DNA from: Blastocystis sp. subtype 4
Taxonomy: Eukaryota
Direction of reading: 5' to 3'
NCBI RefSeq assembly: GCF_000743755.1
Contig: NW_014569501.1
Coordinates: 1 to 46,745, forward strand
DNA length: 46,745 bases
This document shows positions 24,901 to 39,700 of the stretch, piece after piece. The notes beneath the pieces are model-generated. The model searched no databases, was not told the origin of the DNA, and worked only from the letters and a program-made list of their open reading frames with translations. A program made the translations under genes and the position numbers. Position 1 is the stretch's first letter. Each line of letters starts with the position of its first letter.

Positions 24901-27629
24901 CTATTATCTGTAAAAACGGGTATTCCAGAATTAATTATGATTTCTGCGATTCAGATAGATGAAGAATCGATTGAACATCTATCAATGCGTTGTGAGGGAC
25001 AATGTCAATTCTTCTCTCGAGTTAGTCATTCTTCTCACTTTCTAAATCTGACTGTCACTTCCTTCGCCTCAATTTCTCCTTCTCATATCATTCGTTCAAT
25101 GCGTTTTGCATTGTTGTTTCTACCTACTGCCACTTCGTATGCTCCGAAACTCCTTCTTTCGTCTCATAATGCTTTTTTCTCTCCTCAGATGGTAGAAGAT
25201 TCTTCATTGAATACTTACGCTCTCATTCCAAATCTGCAACCTTCTGTTTGGCTGCAAATGGATCTTCCATCCAATATGCTGAGTTGCTTGAATGTGATTC
25301 AGATTCGATTGATGGTGTTGCCTCCTCAGCCACTGGTGATTCGGATTCTAAATGGCAGATCTCAACTTATTCTTCATAATACCATCGTCATTCCACGCCC
25401 TGTAGGAGTTTGGACGACAGTGAACTTAACACAGTCGGACTTCATGCTTGTATCGGGCTTACGTGTTACTATTGAGCCATTACGAGTCTATAGAGAAGGT
25501 CCCTTGGAATTACGTCTCCAGCATCTTGCTATGTACTGTCAGTTGCCAGAAGCCGCACGATATGCGACAGACCCTGTGAACGAAGTTGAAGACCTTCCTC
25601 AGCCTCTCCTTGCTCGTTTAGAGAAACTTGTGAAACCGAAAGAAGTAAAGGTTTCAGATAATGGAAAGACTTCTCTTCATGATAGCCACTGTCCTGAGGA
25701 GTGGGATAAAGTTGAGGGAGTGACGTGGAAGCGAAGTCCAACCGTAACACATGTGATGGTACGATGTGTCAATGGCCGTCGACTCACTCGGTTCTGTGAT
25801 GCCTTTGGTCATTGGGGGACTGTTGAAGGGACTTGCAAGTCAACAGAGGAAACGACTCTCCAAGTGAATCAGGAATTGCTTCATGCAGAGATTCGACGAG
25901 TGGTTCCTAGTAAGCCTAGAGTAGAAGCAAAACCGATTCCTCCTAGTCATTGCAAAGCAAGGTCATGGAATGGTACATCGATTCCTCAGATTGCTATTGG
26001 AAAGACTATTGACATTGCTTGTACTTCTCCTGCATATGGAAACATCACTCTTCAATGTAATTCGGAAGGAAACTGGATTCAAGTCGATGGAGGATGTGAG
26101 GTGTGTCCTCAAGGCAGTTATCCTGAGATTACTGGTGGTCAGGTGAGTTGTACTCGATGTCCACCAGGTACAGCCTTTCTGCGAGGGAACCCTCGATATC
26201 GTGTGAAGTGTTATGGTCAGTTTTACTCCAATGGGGGAACTACAGAGTGTAGAATATGTGAAGGAGAAACACGAGGCAGCAGAGAGACAGGAAACATTGC
26301 TTGTAAGTCGTGTGAAGGAGGTGTGGTAATTGGATTGTCATGTGTCAATACAACTTTCTGTAGTAGTGATGACAAGCGAATTCGAGTTGGTGCATTGGAA
26401 TATACTGCTTGTGATAATGCAATGAAGGGATATAAAACCCGAATGTGTAGTCTCGGAAGTGGAATCACGGGAATTTGGGGATTACCAAATTCTGATGGAT
26501 GTTGTAAGAATATGATGATTTTGTTATGTAGTTTCTTCACAGCCTCCTCTTGGATCCTCTGAAATATGGATTGAGTTATTCCTGAAGAATGTGCATGCAT
26601 CTGTCCTTCGTCGCAAATACAATGACAACACTTCAATATCTCGATCACAAACTGTTCTATTGCTAATTGAAGCTTTGAAGGAGTATTTCCCATCTGTGAT
26701 GATCCGATTCATTCATTACGAAGATCTATCCAATTCTGTTCGTTTTTATTATTCTCTTTCATGGATAGACACAGCTTCTCACAGGTATTTCGTTTCTCTT
26801 TCAATTTGAGAATTCCGCGGGAATTTCGACTTCTCAAGTGGGTTTAATTCTTCGTCAAAAACTTCCTGAACTTACATTGCTGTTGAAGGAGAAGAATCCT
26901 TACATCTTCCATCACTATTTCTCTCTTACTCGAATGGCAATTCTGTACGAGGCCATTAATGATGCTTTCTGTCAGAAGTCTGGATTATGGCCACGAACAG
27001 AAGTGAATCAGATCGTCAAGAGTCATTGCTTGGTAGTTGATCAGCTCGGGTATCGTTCTCGACGGTGTGAAGAGCGGAACGGAGTGGCTGTGTGGGGAGA
27101 GGTGGATGACAGTCATTGCAGCCCTTCTCTACAAGAGATGAAGGATCTTCGTACTCTTCGCATCTCATTTTCTGTTCAGAAGTCATTTGATAGTCATGAG
27201 GCGCTGGATGCTCTGATTGACAGGATCAACTGCGATAATCTCTTACAAATGACGCATTTTGAGTATGATAATACGATTCGTGAGAATTCTTTGCAGTCCA
27301 ATTTTACTCACGTTTTTAAGCATTGCAAAGTTCAAGACAATTTGCTTCAAGTGTATTTTGTATCCTCTGTTCCTTTTACTCGTTCTTGGATTGCTAGTTT
27401 CTTCTCTTATGCTCGAGTTGACATGATTCAAGTTACTCACGAGAGTTTGGTTGTTCGTAATTCTTTTGAATTGATCTTCTCTTCAAAACCACTCGAGAAA
27501 TGCGATTCACAGAAATACTTGTTCTGTAATCGAAAGAATATTGTTCCACCTTTGTTTTGTCATTATCGAATGCATTTTGTCACACAGAAAGATATTCCCT
27601 TGTTGGATGACGATGTATGGTTATTTTAG
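21924..27629 (+). CDS. Large secreted/surface protein with hormone-receptor-domain (HRM)-like repeats and a GCC2/GCC3-like Cys-rich block, multi-exon
   Basis: Signal peptide MRFHISLILLTVTLSTLFST. Four C-x-C-x-C-x-W-x-C units (for example CQKSGLWPRTEVNQIVKSHC...RSRRCEERNGVAVWGEVDDSHC) and CEVCPQGSY...CTRCPPGT. TAG at 27627-27629, then TGTTTGTT at 27634-27641. Confidence 0.65.
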
Positions 27630-27771
27630 TACCTGTTTGTTTGAAGCCTTCTTATACAAGGGTCTAAAACAAAGGTTTTCAAGTGTGTGCAAAATCGGTC
27701 CTTCTTTTGTCACAATGGTGTGTCCTTTAAAGAGTATTTCTGAAGCTCTTACATTGAGTCAATAATCTCTC

Positions 27772-30700
27772 ATGCTAGAGGACGTTGTTAATTCGCTGAT
27801 AACACGTTTTCTTGGTGAGTATATAAAGGATATTGACAAGAATGACTTGAAAGTTTCTATATGGAAAGGAGATGTGAAATTGCGAAATCTTGTGAGTTGA
27901 ATTGCTGAGTTGTGAATGGATAGGAAGTAAAAACAGAAGCTCTCGATTTTCTTGATTTACCTGTTGAAATAAAATCTGGATATATCGGAGAGTTAACCTT
28001 AAGTGTAGGAAGATTGTTGTTATTGAATTGATGGGTTAGGTTCCTTGGAAAGAGATTGGAAGAAAACCAACCAAGGTCATGATTAATCAAATCTTTGTTG
28101 TTGTCTGTCCAAGATCTGAAGTTCATTATGATGAAGAGGCATTTAATCGTCGTGCCTTAGAGCTAAAGCGGCAGCGTTTGAAAGTACTGATATAGTTGAT
28201 TGTTTACTATAGGCTATTGATGAAAAAGAGACGAAAAGAATGAAAGAATTGAATGAAAAGGAAGATAAGAGTCTAATCTCGACATTAGTGAGCAAAATCA
28301 TCCGGAATTTTGAGATGAGCATTGACGAGATCCACATTCGATATGAAGATCACAGTTCTGACTTGAAACATCCTTTCTGTGGTGGTATTTCTTTGGAACA
28401 GATCTCAGTCAGTCCCAATCATCAGATCTCCAAGAGTTCTGATGAAGATACAACTTCCACGAAGCAAGTTCAACATAATGGTGTGTTCTTGAAAAATGTG
28501 TTGATCCATCGATTTGGAATATATTGGGACTCAGACAATCGTACTAGCGTTGACACATCGAGTGTAGAGTCTCTAACTGAAGATATGGAGTTGGCATTCC
28601 ACAAGCCACTACATGCAGAGGATCGACCTGTTCCTCTCAATTATATTCTCCATCCACTCTCTGTTGATGTTAATGTGAATATGGATATTCGTGGAGTTGA
28701 ATTGCGAAAGCCAACTCCTGAAGAAGCTGCGACTAGAGCAATGGAAGAATTGGGATGGAACAAAGAAGTGCTGGTGAATCAAAACTTGATAGAGACGTAC
28801 ATTAAGATCAAGCGGGATGATATTCGAGGTCGTGATGAGGCTGAAGAGACTGCCTTGTTCATTAAGAAGTTTAAGAAGAAGTTTCCCAAGTTCTGTTCTT
28901 CTCTCAATCTTCAGTATGCAACCACTTTCGCTTCCATCTGTTGGAAGTATGCAAATACTGCTAGTCCTGTGATTGTGGCCTCTGCTAAGCTCCCTCAAGT
29001 GACTGTCACAGTGTTACAGAGTCAGATCCGAGATGTTACCATTCTCTTGGATAATCTCACACTTCAAGTACGTCGTGCTCAACAGCCTGTGAATCGGCCA
29101 GAGAAGAGTATCCTAAAGCACCCTCGTTCTTGGTGGCGCTACGCAATTCGATGTGTGATGAAGAGTAATAGCAAGAAGAGAGCTGCTGTTGCATGGAAGG
29201 ATTATTTGAAGTTCAAACAGCAGCGTAATGAGTATATTGATTTGTATAAACATGTGTTAAAAGCGCCAGGATATCCGTCTATTCATAAGAATAAAACTGC
29301 ACTCAAGAGAAAGGCAGAATTAGAAGACATTTTTTCCATTGAAAATACGATTCTATTTCGTAAGATGGCTCAACTAGAAATTGATAAGGATCTAATGGAT
29401 CAGCAGAGTTCAGAAGGATCCGACTCATCAGATGAAGAGCTCCGAACTGAACTGTATAAGGAGCTAGAGATCTCAGCAGAGGATGTGAATCCATGGGAAG
29501 GAGGTCAGCCGCTGGATATCATTGTATCTGTGGATTTCCAACTGGAATCTGCTCAGATATCACTGAAGAAAGAAGAACAAAAGTTTGTTGATATAGGCGT
29601 GAATGGAATTAGAGTGCGTGCTTTCAAACGGAAAGAATTCTTAGAGATATGGGCAATGGTGAGTGATCTAAAAGTCCTTGATTCTTTAACTCCCAAGACT
29701 CGTTATACTCATCTCATTTCTGTTCGTCATAACAATGAAGAGAGTGTGGTGACTCCTCAAGATTCCCCTCTTCCAATAGCAGAAACTGAAATAGAGACAA
29801 AAGCGAATCCATCTCTGTTGCCAGGAGATCTGTTATCAACCGTTCACAGTCCATTTATCCAAGCTCATATCGAAGTACCTGCCCTTGATAATTCCAGTGG
29901 AATGCGTGTTGAAGCTCGTATGGAAACATTGGATGTTGTTGTGAATATCCCATGGGTACTAGAGATTCTCCGTTTCGTGCAACCAGAGAATCTGGTAATA
30001 ATGAGTCGCTATGTAGAGAAAGCATACAATATGGTGACTGCATTACGAGAAGGTGATAATGCATTGTTAGCAGCAGTGCAAAATAACCGTGGGATGACTC
30101 TGGATATTCGCTTATCTCCTCTCAATATCATTATTCCAGATTCATGTACAGCTCATCGATCAAAAACCCAACTTTTGCTAGCTCAAATTGGTGAGGTGAT
30201 AGTGACAGCGTCTCCAAAGGTATCACCACGAGATCCTGAACATCTTACGGATGAAGACCTCTACAATACGATTGATGTAAAAGTGTGTCGTGTGGCTCTT
30301 GGGTTCATGGATGGTCGAAGCTTTGCTAATCGTTCTATTGTCCCTCCTGCAGTGTTAACGGATGTACCATCTAATACTCTTATCGTTCCTTTCGATGTTA
30401 ATGTCACGTTACAAATGTGTTTGGTAAATGAAGTGCGATATGTGTCTACCAAGGTAGGGGTGACTGTAATGCCTCTGACAATTAATATCACCAAATCATT
30501 ATTGGATGCAGCCTTGAATTGGGGATTGCCTGTTCTGGATGTCTTCCTTGCGAAGCAACGAGAATTGGATCTGAATGTAATGGACTTGTTACTGAAGCCC
30601 AAGCAGCTTCTGTTTAGCTGTATTGCATTTGATGGATCACCACTCTTACGAGATCATGATATTACTAGTTGGAAGACAACAGGTTCAAAACAACAGAAAT

Positions 30701-33700
30701 TGCTGTATAGAATGATTATGCAAACCCAAGAACAAACCCAAATCAATCATCCAATGAATCAATCTCAGCAGTCATCTTCTTTGCTCGCTACATCTTCGTT
30801 CTCACCCATGAATTCAGTAATTGTTTCTAATTCCCATGATGAGGCATATGAACCTTCTTATGGAGTAATGCACTTAACATACGAAGACCTTCTCTTATTA
30901 CAATACAAACCAATGATGATGATTGATGTAACCATTCAACACTTGGGTGTTGTTATTCATGATCCTGAATCAACAGATAGACTTATCCTAGCAATGCATT
31001 TGAATGGTCTTTCAATGCATTATTGTGATCATTTCTATGATATGGATATTGCTCTTACGATACCTGAACTTCTAATGGAAGATTATGCTCGACAAGAACA
31101 GTTGTTATCCTATGGAGCACAAACAGAATCTGTTCCTCTCTTATTAGAAGCATCACCTCGTGTTGGAGGTGATTTCTTGCAACTTCGATTCTTGTCAGTG
31201 GGTGTGTTGTCAATGCTGAATGACTTCTATGATGCTGCTAGTAATGTTTTTGCTTCGTTGGGTCCTATTAATATCAATTTGAATGCTGCGATTGTGAATC
31301 GGTTGATTCCACTTATTCCGTCATTACCTGCGAAGAAGGAGGACATGGGATCACAACCTAAAGAAGAACCTGAACCTGTTCGTGTAGCTCAACAACAAGA
31401 GGGATTGATGTTCCTTCACATGACAATGAAATCTCTTCAAGTGACGATGTTAGAAGATAATGGATCTTCATTAATCGAACTCGGTTTGAGGGACCTGCAA
31501 ACTGTCTTCAATCAAACTCGAACTGCTATCCACCTCCTTCTCTCTCTTCAAGATATCTCTCTTACGGATTGTACAAAAGGATGTGGACTGTATCCATCAG
31601 TATTGGCCATTCAACACACAGAAGAGAAACCATCATTTCTCTCTGCTGATGTGACTCTAGTCAATAGTGCTCAATATTCAGATCTTGCTGATACAACTGT
31701 CAATGTGCATATGAGTGCACCTATCCTGACACTCCGATACCGTTTCATTCAAGAATTAATACGATATACACAAACAGGAACTTTGGGACGTCTTTTACAG
31801 TCTCCTTCTAAGCCAACATTATCATCTGGGTCATCTGGATCCTCTGAATCTCCTCTCCTCACATCAACTGCAGATCTGCATGCTTTCCTTGTTCATTCGG
31901 TGGATAATCTCTTCGCTGGATTGGTTGGAAGTAATATCATTCGTCGAGTTGTCTCTAGTACGAATGTCACATCATATGTCTTACCTCGAGCCAATGTATC
32001 TCTTCAAAATCTCGTAGTGATCATTCCTGCTGGTTCCGAGAGTCAAGAGACTCTTCAATTTGAGTTGGGAATGTTTACAGTTGGAAATGCGAATCAGCTC
32101 ACAGAAGAGGAGGAGAGAGGAACCTTATTTATGAAGAAATCGAACGAAATCACAACCAATCTTTCAATGAGAATAGAAGGAATGCGCCTTCTTAGCAATT
32201 ATCAACTAGGTGATGCAGTTGTGAGTCAATCCGTATTGGGAAGAGTTGATATTAGTATATGTGTCTTGCTTCACAGTGTGCTCTACACGTCAATCCATAT
32301 CACACCTCTTGTGGTTACCTTGAATCAGACCCAACTCAGTTTCTTGCTTACGCGTCTTCTTAACAATTTGAATGAGGAAGCTGTGACACCAGAGATTGTT
32401 GTGAACGTCTCTAATAGTCCTGATCTTTCTATTCCTACTGAAAAGGTCGTATCAGAGAGTCCAGATCAGGTCGAAGTCTCCGTTGAGCAACCAGAATCAG
32501 CAGGTGAACCTGAAATCAGTGCAATGAACGAACGATCATTCTGGATTGGAGATGCTTTCTATACAGATATAGTTCTGGAAGGAGTGTTGATTGAATTACT
32601 CAATCAGGATGGTGGGTATACAAACGATTCTTCAGGTCAGTCTCTAGTGGAGAGCTGTGGTAGTAATCCACATTCCTTTTTCATTCTCCGTCTGGATGCA
32701 CTATCATTAAATGCAAGTCTAACTACTCTGCAAGCCGCACTCAATGTTTCTCTGGCTAGTATCAGACTCAAAGATACTCGTAGTGAATCGACAGTTCTTC
32801 CTTTCTTCCGAGAACCGCTCCAGTTTGGTGATGATCAGAATCCCACACTCACTGTGATGTGTCAGACTTCTGAGGGACCTGAACCAATGATTGATGTATT
32901 GATTAGTCTTCATTCCCTTCGATTATTCCCTACTCCTTTGTTCATGGATATTCTGTCATTCCTTCCTTCGTTCCTGAATTCTGTACCCAAGGCAGAACCC
33001 ACTCCTACCAAGGTGGAAGAGGGGAATCACTCTGCTGGTACACTCTCAGTATCTCCTTCTGTTCGTTCTGTGCTATCTCTTCTTCGTGTCCAATTTCAAA
33101 TCGATCCTCTTACTGTTTTCTTTGCTTCTTCCTTCATATGTCCTTCACCATTTGTCTTGTTGAATATTGCTCTCGATTCAACTCTCTCCATCACTGAAGC
33201 TTTTGACGTCTCATTAGCAGTAGTCCTAAGAGATATGCGAATGGCTCAGTGTACTATGGATCAGATGCAACCACCTCACGATTGTAATGATATCCTTCAA
33301 AGCTGGTCGCTAGCGATCCAAGTGGATATGAAGGATGCATTCAAGACAGTCTCAGTAACTGTGAATGACTCTCAAGGATTGCATATGGCCATTGGATACA
33401 AGGATGTGGAGATTCTAATGAATTGGATGAATGCTCTGTTAGCAAATGTGTCGACTTCAGCAGCAAATCAATCTCTTCTTACAAATGATTCTTCAGTTTT
33501 CCCTGTAGTGAAACTTCCCTTGATCGTACCAGAAGGAAATAATTGGATGAATATCACAGCAACGGTATCGTTGCATAGTATCCAAGTGGTGGTAATAAGT
33601 GACGTTAGCAATGTTGAAGTCCCTTTCATTCAACTTCAGTTGAATTCTATAGAAGCAACATGTGACTTCAGCAACCAACTGGTGTTTGTCATTCAATTGC

Positions 33701-36700
33701 AACTTCAAGCAGATTTCTATAATCAACCACATATTGCATGGGAACCTCTGATCGAGCCGTGGGAAATGCTTCTTCAAGTGATTCAGCATCGTATTCCATT
33801 GACAGTAGTTCAAGAAGCATTATCCCAGGGAGCATCACCTCCTCCACAATCGTCTTGTACGATTCGTGCAGAGAAAGTAATGAATGTGAATGTTTCAGCT
33901 GCCTTCTGTGGAGCAGCATTGGAATTGTTGAACAAACTGCAGAAGTATCGTAATGAAACAGAGTCAGGTCACTCAATGTTAACAGAGAATGGGTATTACT
34001 TGCATATAGAGAACCGTCTGGGACTTGAAGCTACTTTTGATATTGTATATGATGGTGGTCTTGGAATGCAGTTAGAGAAGATACGATCTCAATGGGAGCA
34101 GATTGAGCATAAGCAAAGGGCATTGCGTTGTAGTGGCCCTTTGTATGTACGTTCTTCAGAGACTGATGTGCGAATATGTTATGTGGAGGTCTTTACTGAT
34201 GAACCATGTATTCGTGCTTATACTCCTATCAGACAATCTCTTGTGACGTGCTTCACTTCAAGAAGTGGTAGTATGAAGATCCCTACAAAAGGATTGATTC
34301 TATTCACATGTGTCGATGCCGAATCATCATCCGAACTTTCCTTCTTCTCGTCTGTATCTGTCGAACAACAGCGGTGGCGCCAAGCCCTGCTACAGCCATT
34401 ACCGTCTCTGGAACTCTCCTCGAATGATGAAGAAACCTTATTGATCCCATCAGGCGCTCGTATCCGAAGTATGTTGCCAGCACATCCCAATATTTCTGTG
34501 ATTCAGTCTGTCGAGTCGTATAACCAACGAATTGTGTCCATTGGTGTCCAAGGATGTCGTCAGATTCAGTTCTGTTGTGATCTTGAAGGTGAGACCCCTT
34601 TCACTGTGTCTTCAAATGATGGTTCAGTTCACTATGACATTCTGGTAAGAGTTCTCAACACTTCAGGTCTGCGTGTGATTCAGTTGGCTCCATTACTGGA
34701 ATTCCATCACTATTGTCACTGCCCATTGTATTGTCGCTTCATGAAAGAGGATCCGGAGAGTTCACAAATCACCATCCATCAGTCTCAACGCAAGCAGGTC
34801 AATCTGGAGGATGTGAAGAATAATTATTTCGGAGTTCCTGTTGGACTGAAGAGTCCTGCATTTGATAATCAGACTCCGAACTTTGCCATTCGTCATCCTC
34901 CTGTTAATGCTGAATGGTCGTATTTGGCTCTTGGATTTGAAGAAGCTATCTACTGTCCTCTAACAATGGGTCTTCAGGGTTGTTTTGAGCTCCTTGGAAG
35001 TGGTGATGTCAAATCAGTTGATTCGTGTATTCATCATAGTATTTCGGTTCCTGATATCACTTCATTGAAGTTACGACGTCTATGTTTGAATGTGGGTTCT
35101 TTAGAGAAACCTCACTATGTATTGCTTCGTGTAACTCACTCTCGTCTTGCTTCAGACTCTCATTCAAGTACTGCATTCTCAATGATCACTGTTCCTGTGA
35201 TGGTACTCCAGAATCTTCTTCCAATGCCTATTGAGTTCCGTGTTCTGTATCGTCGTGATGCAGGAAGTAGTATCGTACAGTCTGGTACTGTTGAATCTGG
35301 AAAGAATATTGAAATTACTGCTGTTGATGGGTGTGCGAATGAATTCTACAGTATTTTGGTACGTCCAGTTAATAGTCAGTTTGTTTGGGGTCGACAGGTT
35401 ATTCCTGTAAGTATATGGATGCTGTTAATGATCATAGATTGCAACTGAGGGAAAAGGAGAATGTGAATTAGCAGATCTAGAGAACAGTCATACATGCATT
35501 CAATATCAGTACTCGTATCAGAGACAAGGAGAGATAGAATCCTCAGAGACGCTTCTATTAAACATATTCTGTTCCTATTGGGTTATCAATCGTACAAATG
35601 AGACTCTATTGTTTGAATTGATTGTATTTTTTATACCTTAGTCTTGCTGGTAAGAATGAAACTCCTGTCATTCGTCTGCCAAGTGCTGATATATCTGTCA
35701 ACTTCGCATCAATTCAGCCAGATCCTGTTACAACTCCACTACAACCGTTTCTCTTCAATACGGGGAGCAAGAAGGCTGTAGTGCGTTTGCGAAAGGGTAG
35801 TTCTCCATGGAGCCCACGTGTTTCACTTGGAAAGCAGAATTGCACTTGCGTGTGTATTCCAGCAGCTGCTCCCTTCACACTCACAGATTCGCTGTATTCC
35901 GTAAGTGTAAAGCGACTCCAGGAACCATTTACAGCGACTCAATTGATCACGATCTCTCCTCAGTACGTATTTGTGAACAAAACCTCAATGGATCTATGGA
36001 TCCAGCAACAGGACCAGTCTTTCTCACTCCCTGCTTCATCCTGTATCTGTCACACAGAGTTTCTCCCTGGATCTCATCGTCTCTTGAGTATCAAACGAGC
36101 TACATCGAACTCATATTCTACTGAATTCGATTGTGATGGAAGTGAACGAATGGATGTAGTATTACCTGGAGAACCAGAAGATCTTCTGAGTGTGACAACA
36201 AGTCAAATCGGAGATTTGCAGGCAGTCACAATCGATATGTTGAAGCCAGAAGATATTAGCTACTGTGTGAGTAATAATAGTGCCCTGGATCGAATTACTG
36301 TGTTACAAAGTGCTTGTGATTTGTCAACTGCTCTGACTGTGTCTCCAATGGATTCACATATGTGGATTCTACCCAACCCAGTTGGAGTAAAGCAGGCAGT
36401 AATCTTCCTTCATCAGATTACAGAGGCAGAGACAGAAGTGACATTCCAGCCATTTGTTTTAGTGGATCTAAGCAAGCCTGGTATTGTAGCTACGGTGTCT
36501 CGAAAGAATCCTGATCGAGTCGTGGAGATCGTGGTTGAGGCTGAAGACACGACGAAGGTAGGAGCCAGATTAGTGAATGAAGGATAGATTCTCATAATTC
36601 GTGATAAGTTACCTGAGGCAGACTCACAGACAACTGCTTGGGAACAAAAGAAGCATCTTGCCTTCATGAGTTCAGTATTGGAGGAATCACTTTCAACAAA

Positions 36701-39700
36701 TACCTTTGCATTTAGTGATGTTGATAAGGAGGCGAATGGTTTTGTTATGGCTCTTCAAGACTTTGAGAATCATGCAGCTCAATCAACTGATATGGACCTC
36801 CTCTTGAATGATGATTATTACTGGCTCTACCTTCGTAATGTATCCATTCGTAATCTTCAACGCCGTCCTTGTTCCATCACTGTTCGTGTGAGCAATGGCG
36901 AGATATTAACCACTACCAATAGCATTAAAGGATCCCATGTGTTCCTGGGTAAGGAAGTTATTTTGAAGAGACGATCGGAAACTATCCAAATTAAAGTGAT
37001 CGTATCATTTGAGAAGATAATGATGGAGTTTGATGTTTCTGTTGCATATGCTTCTCATGCTGAATTCAATCATATGGAACTACTCCAACTTCCCTTCAAT
37101 TGTACAACGGGAAGTATCTCTCGAGAGGGTGAGAACTTATGTGCTGGAGGATCTCTCTATTTATTCATTGCTCATTGTCATAATAATGTGTTAACGAATA
37201 GTCAGCAAGAATATCTACCTCGTTTGCTAAGAACACGGTTTGATTTGGTGAAGAAACTCCAAGAGTTGAATCAAACAAAACGCAATCTGGAGTATGAGCA
37301 GAGAGTTGTTGGATTGAGTTTGCAAGCACGCGATCAGGTGTCTCGTATGATGGTTGGGCAGAATGGAACTGAACAACAAGAACTAATGACTCATGTTGGT
37401 AACCATCATATCCAGAGGGCATTACGTCGTGGTGACTATGCCAATGCCCCATCAGTGGAAAGCGTGCCTCTGGAGTCCTTGCTGCAATCAGCAGGTTCTG
37501 AACAATCGTGTGTGGCCGAGGAAGATGAGATGGAGAGTCAGATAGGAGATCTGGAGCGAGAGAAATTCTTCACTGTAGAGCTCCGTAAGTTGCAGAATAT
37601 CCCAGTAGATCAATTGGAGTCAGAACTACAAGTGTGGCTTCGTGTAAATGGTCGGTCGCTGAGTTTGGGCCGTCAAAAGGCAGTGAAACAGCCAGTGGAG
37701 TATTCAGCACAGCCCTTGGAGGTTGTATTCTCTCAAACACGCTTAGGCTGTAAGTTCTGTGTCCAAGGAGATGGTCACATTGTGGTAAATCGTGTTGTGA
37801 ATGAAAGTGAGGCTGCCAAGCATGGAGTGTGTGTTGGTATGACTCTGTGGGGTTTGAATGGAAAAGTGGTTCAAGGAGCTGGTGAGAACATCAATCAGAA
37901 GTTGAAGAGCTTACCAAGACCATTGAAGATAACATTCATGGCTCCTTATCGAAGTAAGGAATGGATTCGTGATGATTATGTAGTGCCTGCTTGTAAGTAC
38001 CAAGATGTTATATGGACTGGTCAGGTGATGGTACCTTCCGAACTGACTCTGGGTCAGAAAAGTGTACAATTGGAAGTGTGTCGTAGAGATTCCGTATTGT
38101 TCTCTCAGGCACTTAAGATCCGTCGGTTCTCGGATTGGGAAGGGTCAATTGGTGATTCTCAGTCACCAGTGACTAGCTGTGGTGTGATGACTCACTGGCT
38201 GGATCGAAGTGCTGCTGTGACTCAGATTGACACCTTAATTACCCTGTCTCTTGGTGGTATTGATGTGAGTATTCTCGATGCGATTCCTCGTGAAATCATG
38301 AATGCAGGAATCCGAGGAATTGCCTTAAATGTGACTACTATGACAAATGACCGTCAGTCGTTCGAAGTCACAGTAACAAAACTTCAGGTTGACAACCAGC
38401 TAATGAATGCAATGGAACCTGTTCTGTTGGGTCGGGTGAAAACTGATGATCAACCTACTCTGAAGATAAATGCGGTCATACCGTCACATCCATCGATTGG
38501 ATTCTTGGAGTATCTACGTGTTCAGTTATCTGATATCTTTGTTGCTATGGATAACCGTCTGCTTGTGGCTCTTATTCAGTTGCTTGGTGATATCCCTCTC
38601 GAGTTGTTAGGAACTGCTTCAACCACTTCGATTTTGGATATGTCAGAATTCCAGCCGACCATTCGTATTCCAGTAGACGGACAATCATCACTACGTGTGT
38701 TTGCAGAGAAATTCATGATTGAAGACACTTCAGTTGTGATATCGAATCGAATCGATCCTGCTACTACAACCACGGGAATCTTCCTTCCTTCTATTCCTAT
38801 GCTTCTTCCTATTCAGACTCTGTTGGATACATTGTGTGGCCTAGTGGCTGATATTGATCGAACGACACTTCGCTTTGCAGGGATTCGAATCATGAACTTC
38901 TTTGGCTTCACTTCTGAGCTGGGTCGGCGAATCATCCTTCATTATGTGTCTCAAGGAAGTCGCCAGGTCTTAAAGTTGCTTGGAAGTATGAATCTGATTG
39001 GAAATCCTGTTGGTCTGGTAGAAGATGTGAGTAGTGGAGTGAAGGCATTCATTGAGACATCGGTGAAGGATGATTCGATTGATAAGACCGAGCATGAGAA
39101 ACGTGTAGAAGAAGGTGGAAAAGTGTTGATACGAAAAACAGCCCGGGGCTTCTTTAATTCGGCGAGTAAGATTACTGGTACATTGGGGAATGGTTTGGCC
39201 TCATTAACATTCAACAAACATTACAAGGAACAACGTGTAATGGGTCGAAGTGGATTGTTACATGGTCTGACCTCTGGTGTGACAGGTGTGGTGATGGATC
39301 CAATTCGAGGAGCGAAGAAGAATGGTGTGCGTGGTGCACTTGAAGGCGTGGGTATGGGATTAGCAGGAGTTGTAACAAAACCAATCTCTGGTCTGATGGA
39401 TGATACAACACGTTTGTTAGATACGGCTAAGGCGGCTGCCGGAGATGATGAGAAGTATGAACGGCTACGCTTACCTCGATGTGTCCTATGTGACAATGTT
39501 ATTCGTGCTTATGATGATCATACTGCTCAAGGACAGATGTTATATGCAATTGTGACTACACGATTCCTTGTGGAACAGGAAGAGGATGAGCAATATGTCC
39601 TTCACTGTTGTGTAGACGCCAATTCGCATTATTTCGTTGTGACACAGTATCATGCATTCCTTCTGGAACCTAACTGTGATCTTCTCTGGTGTATCTCGTT

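Noticed and set aside
28609..39496. Minus-strand ORFs of 60-130 aa within VPS13, and similar antisense ORFs elsewhere
   Set aside because: They are shadows of the coding strand with no recognisable motifs.
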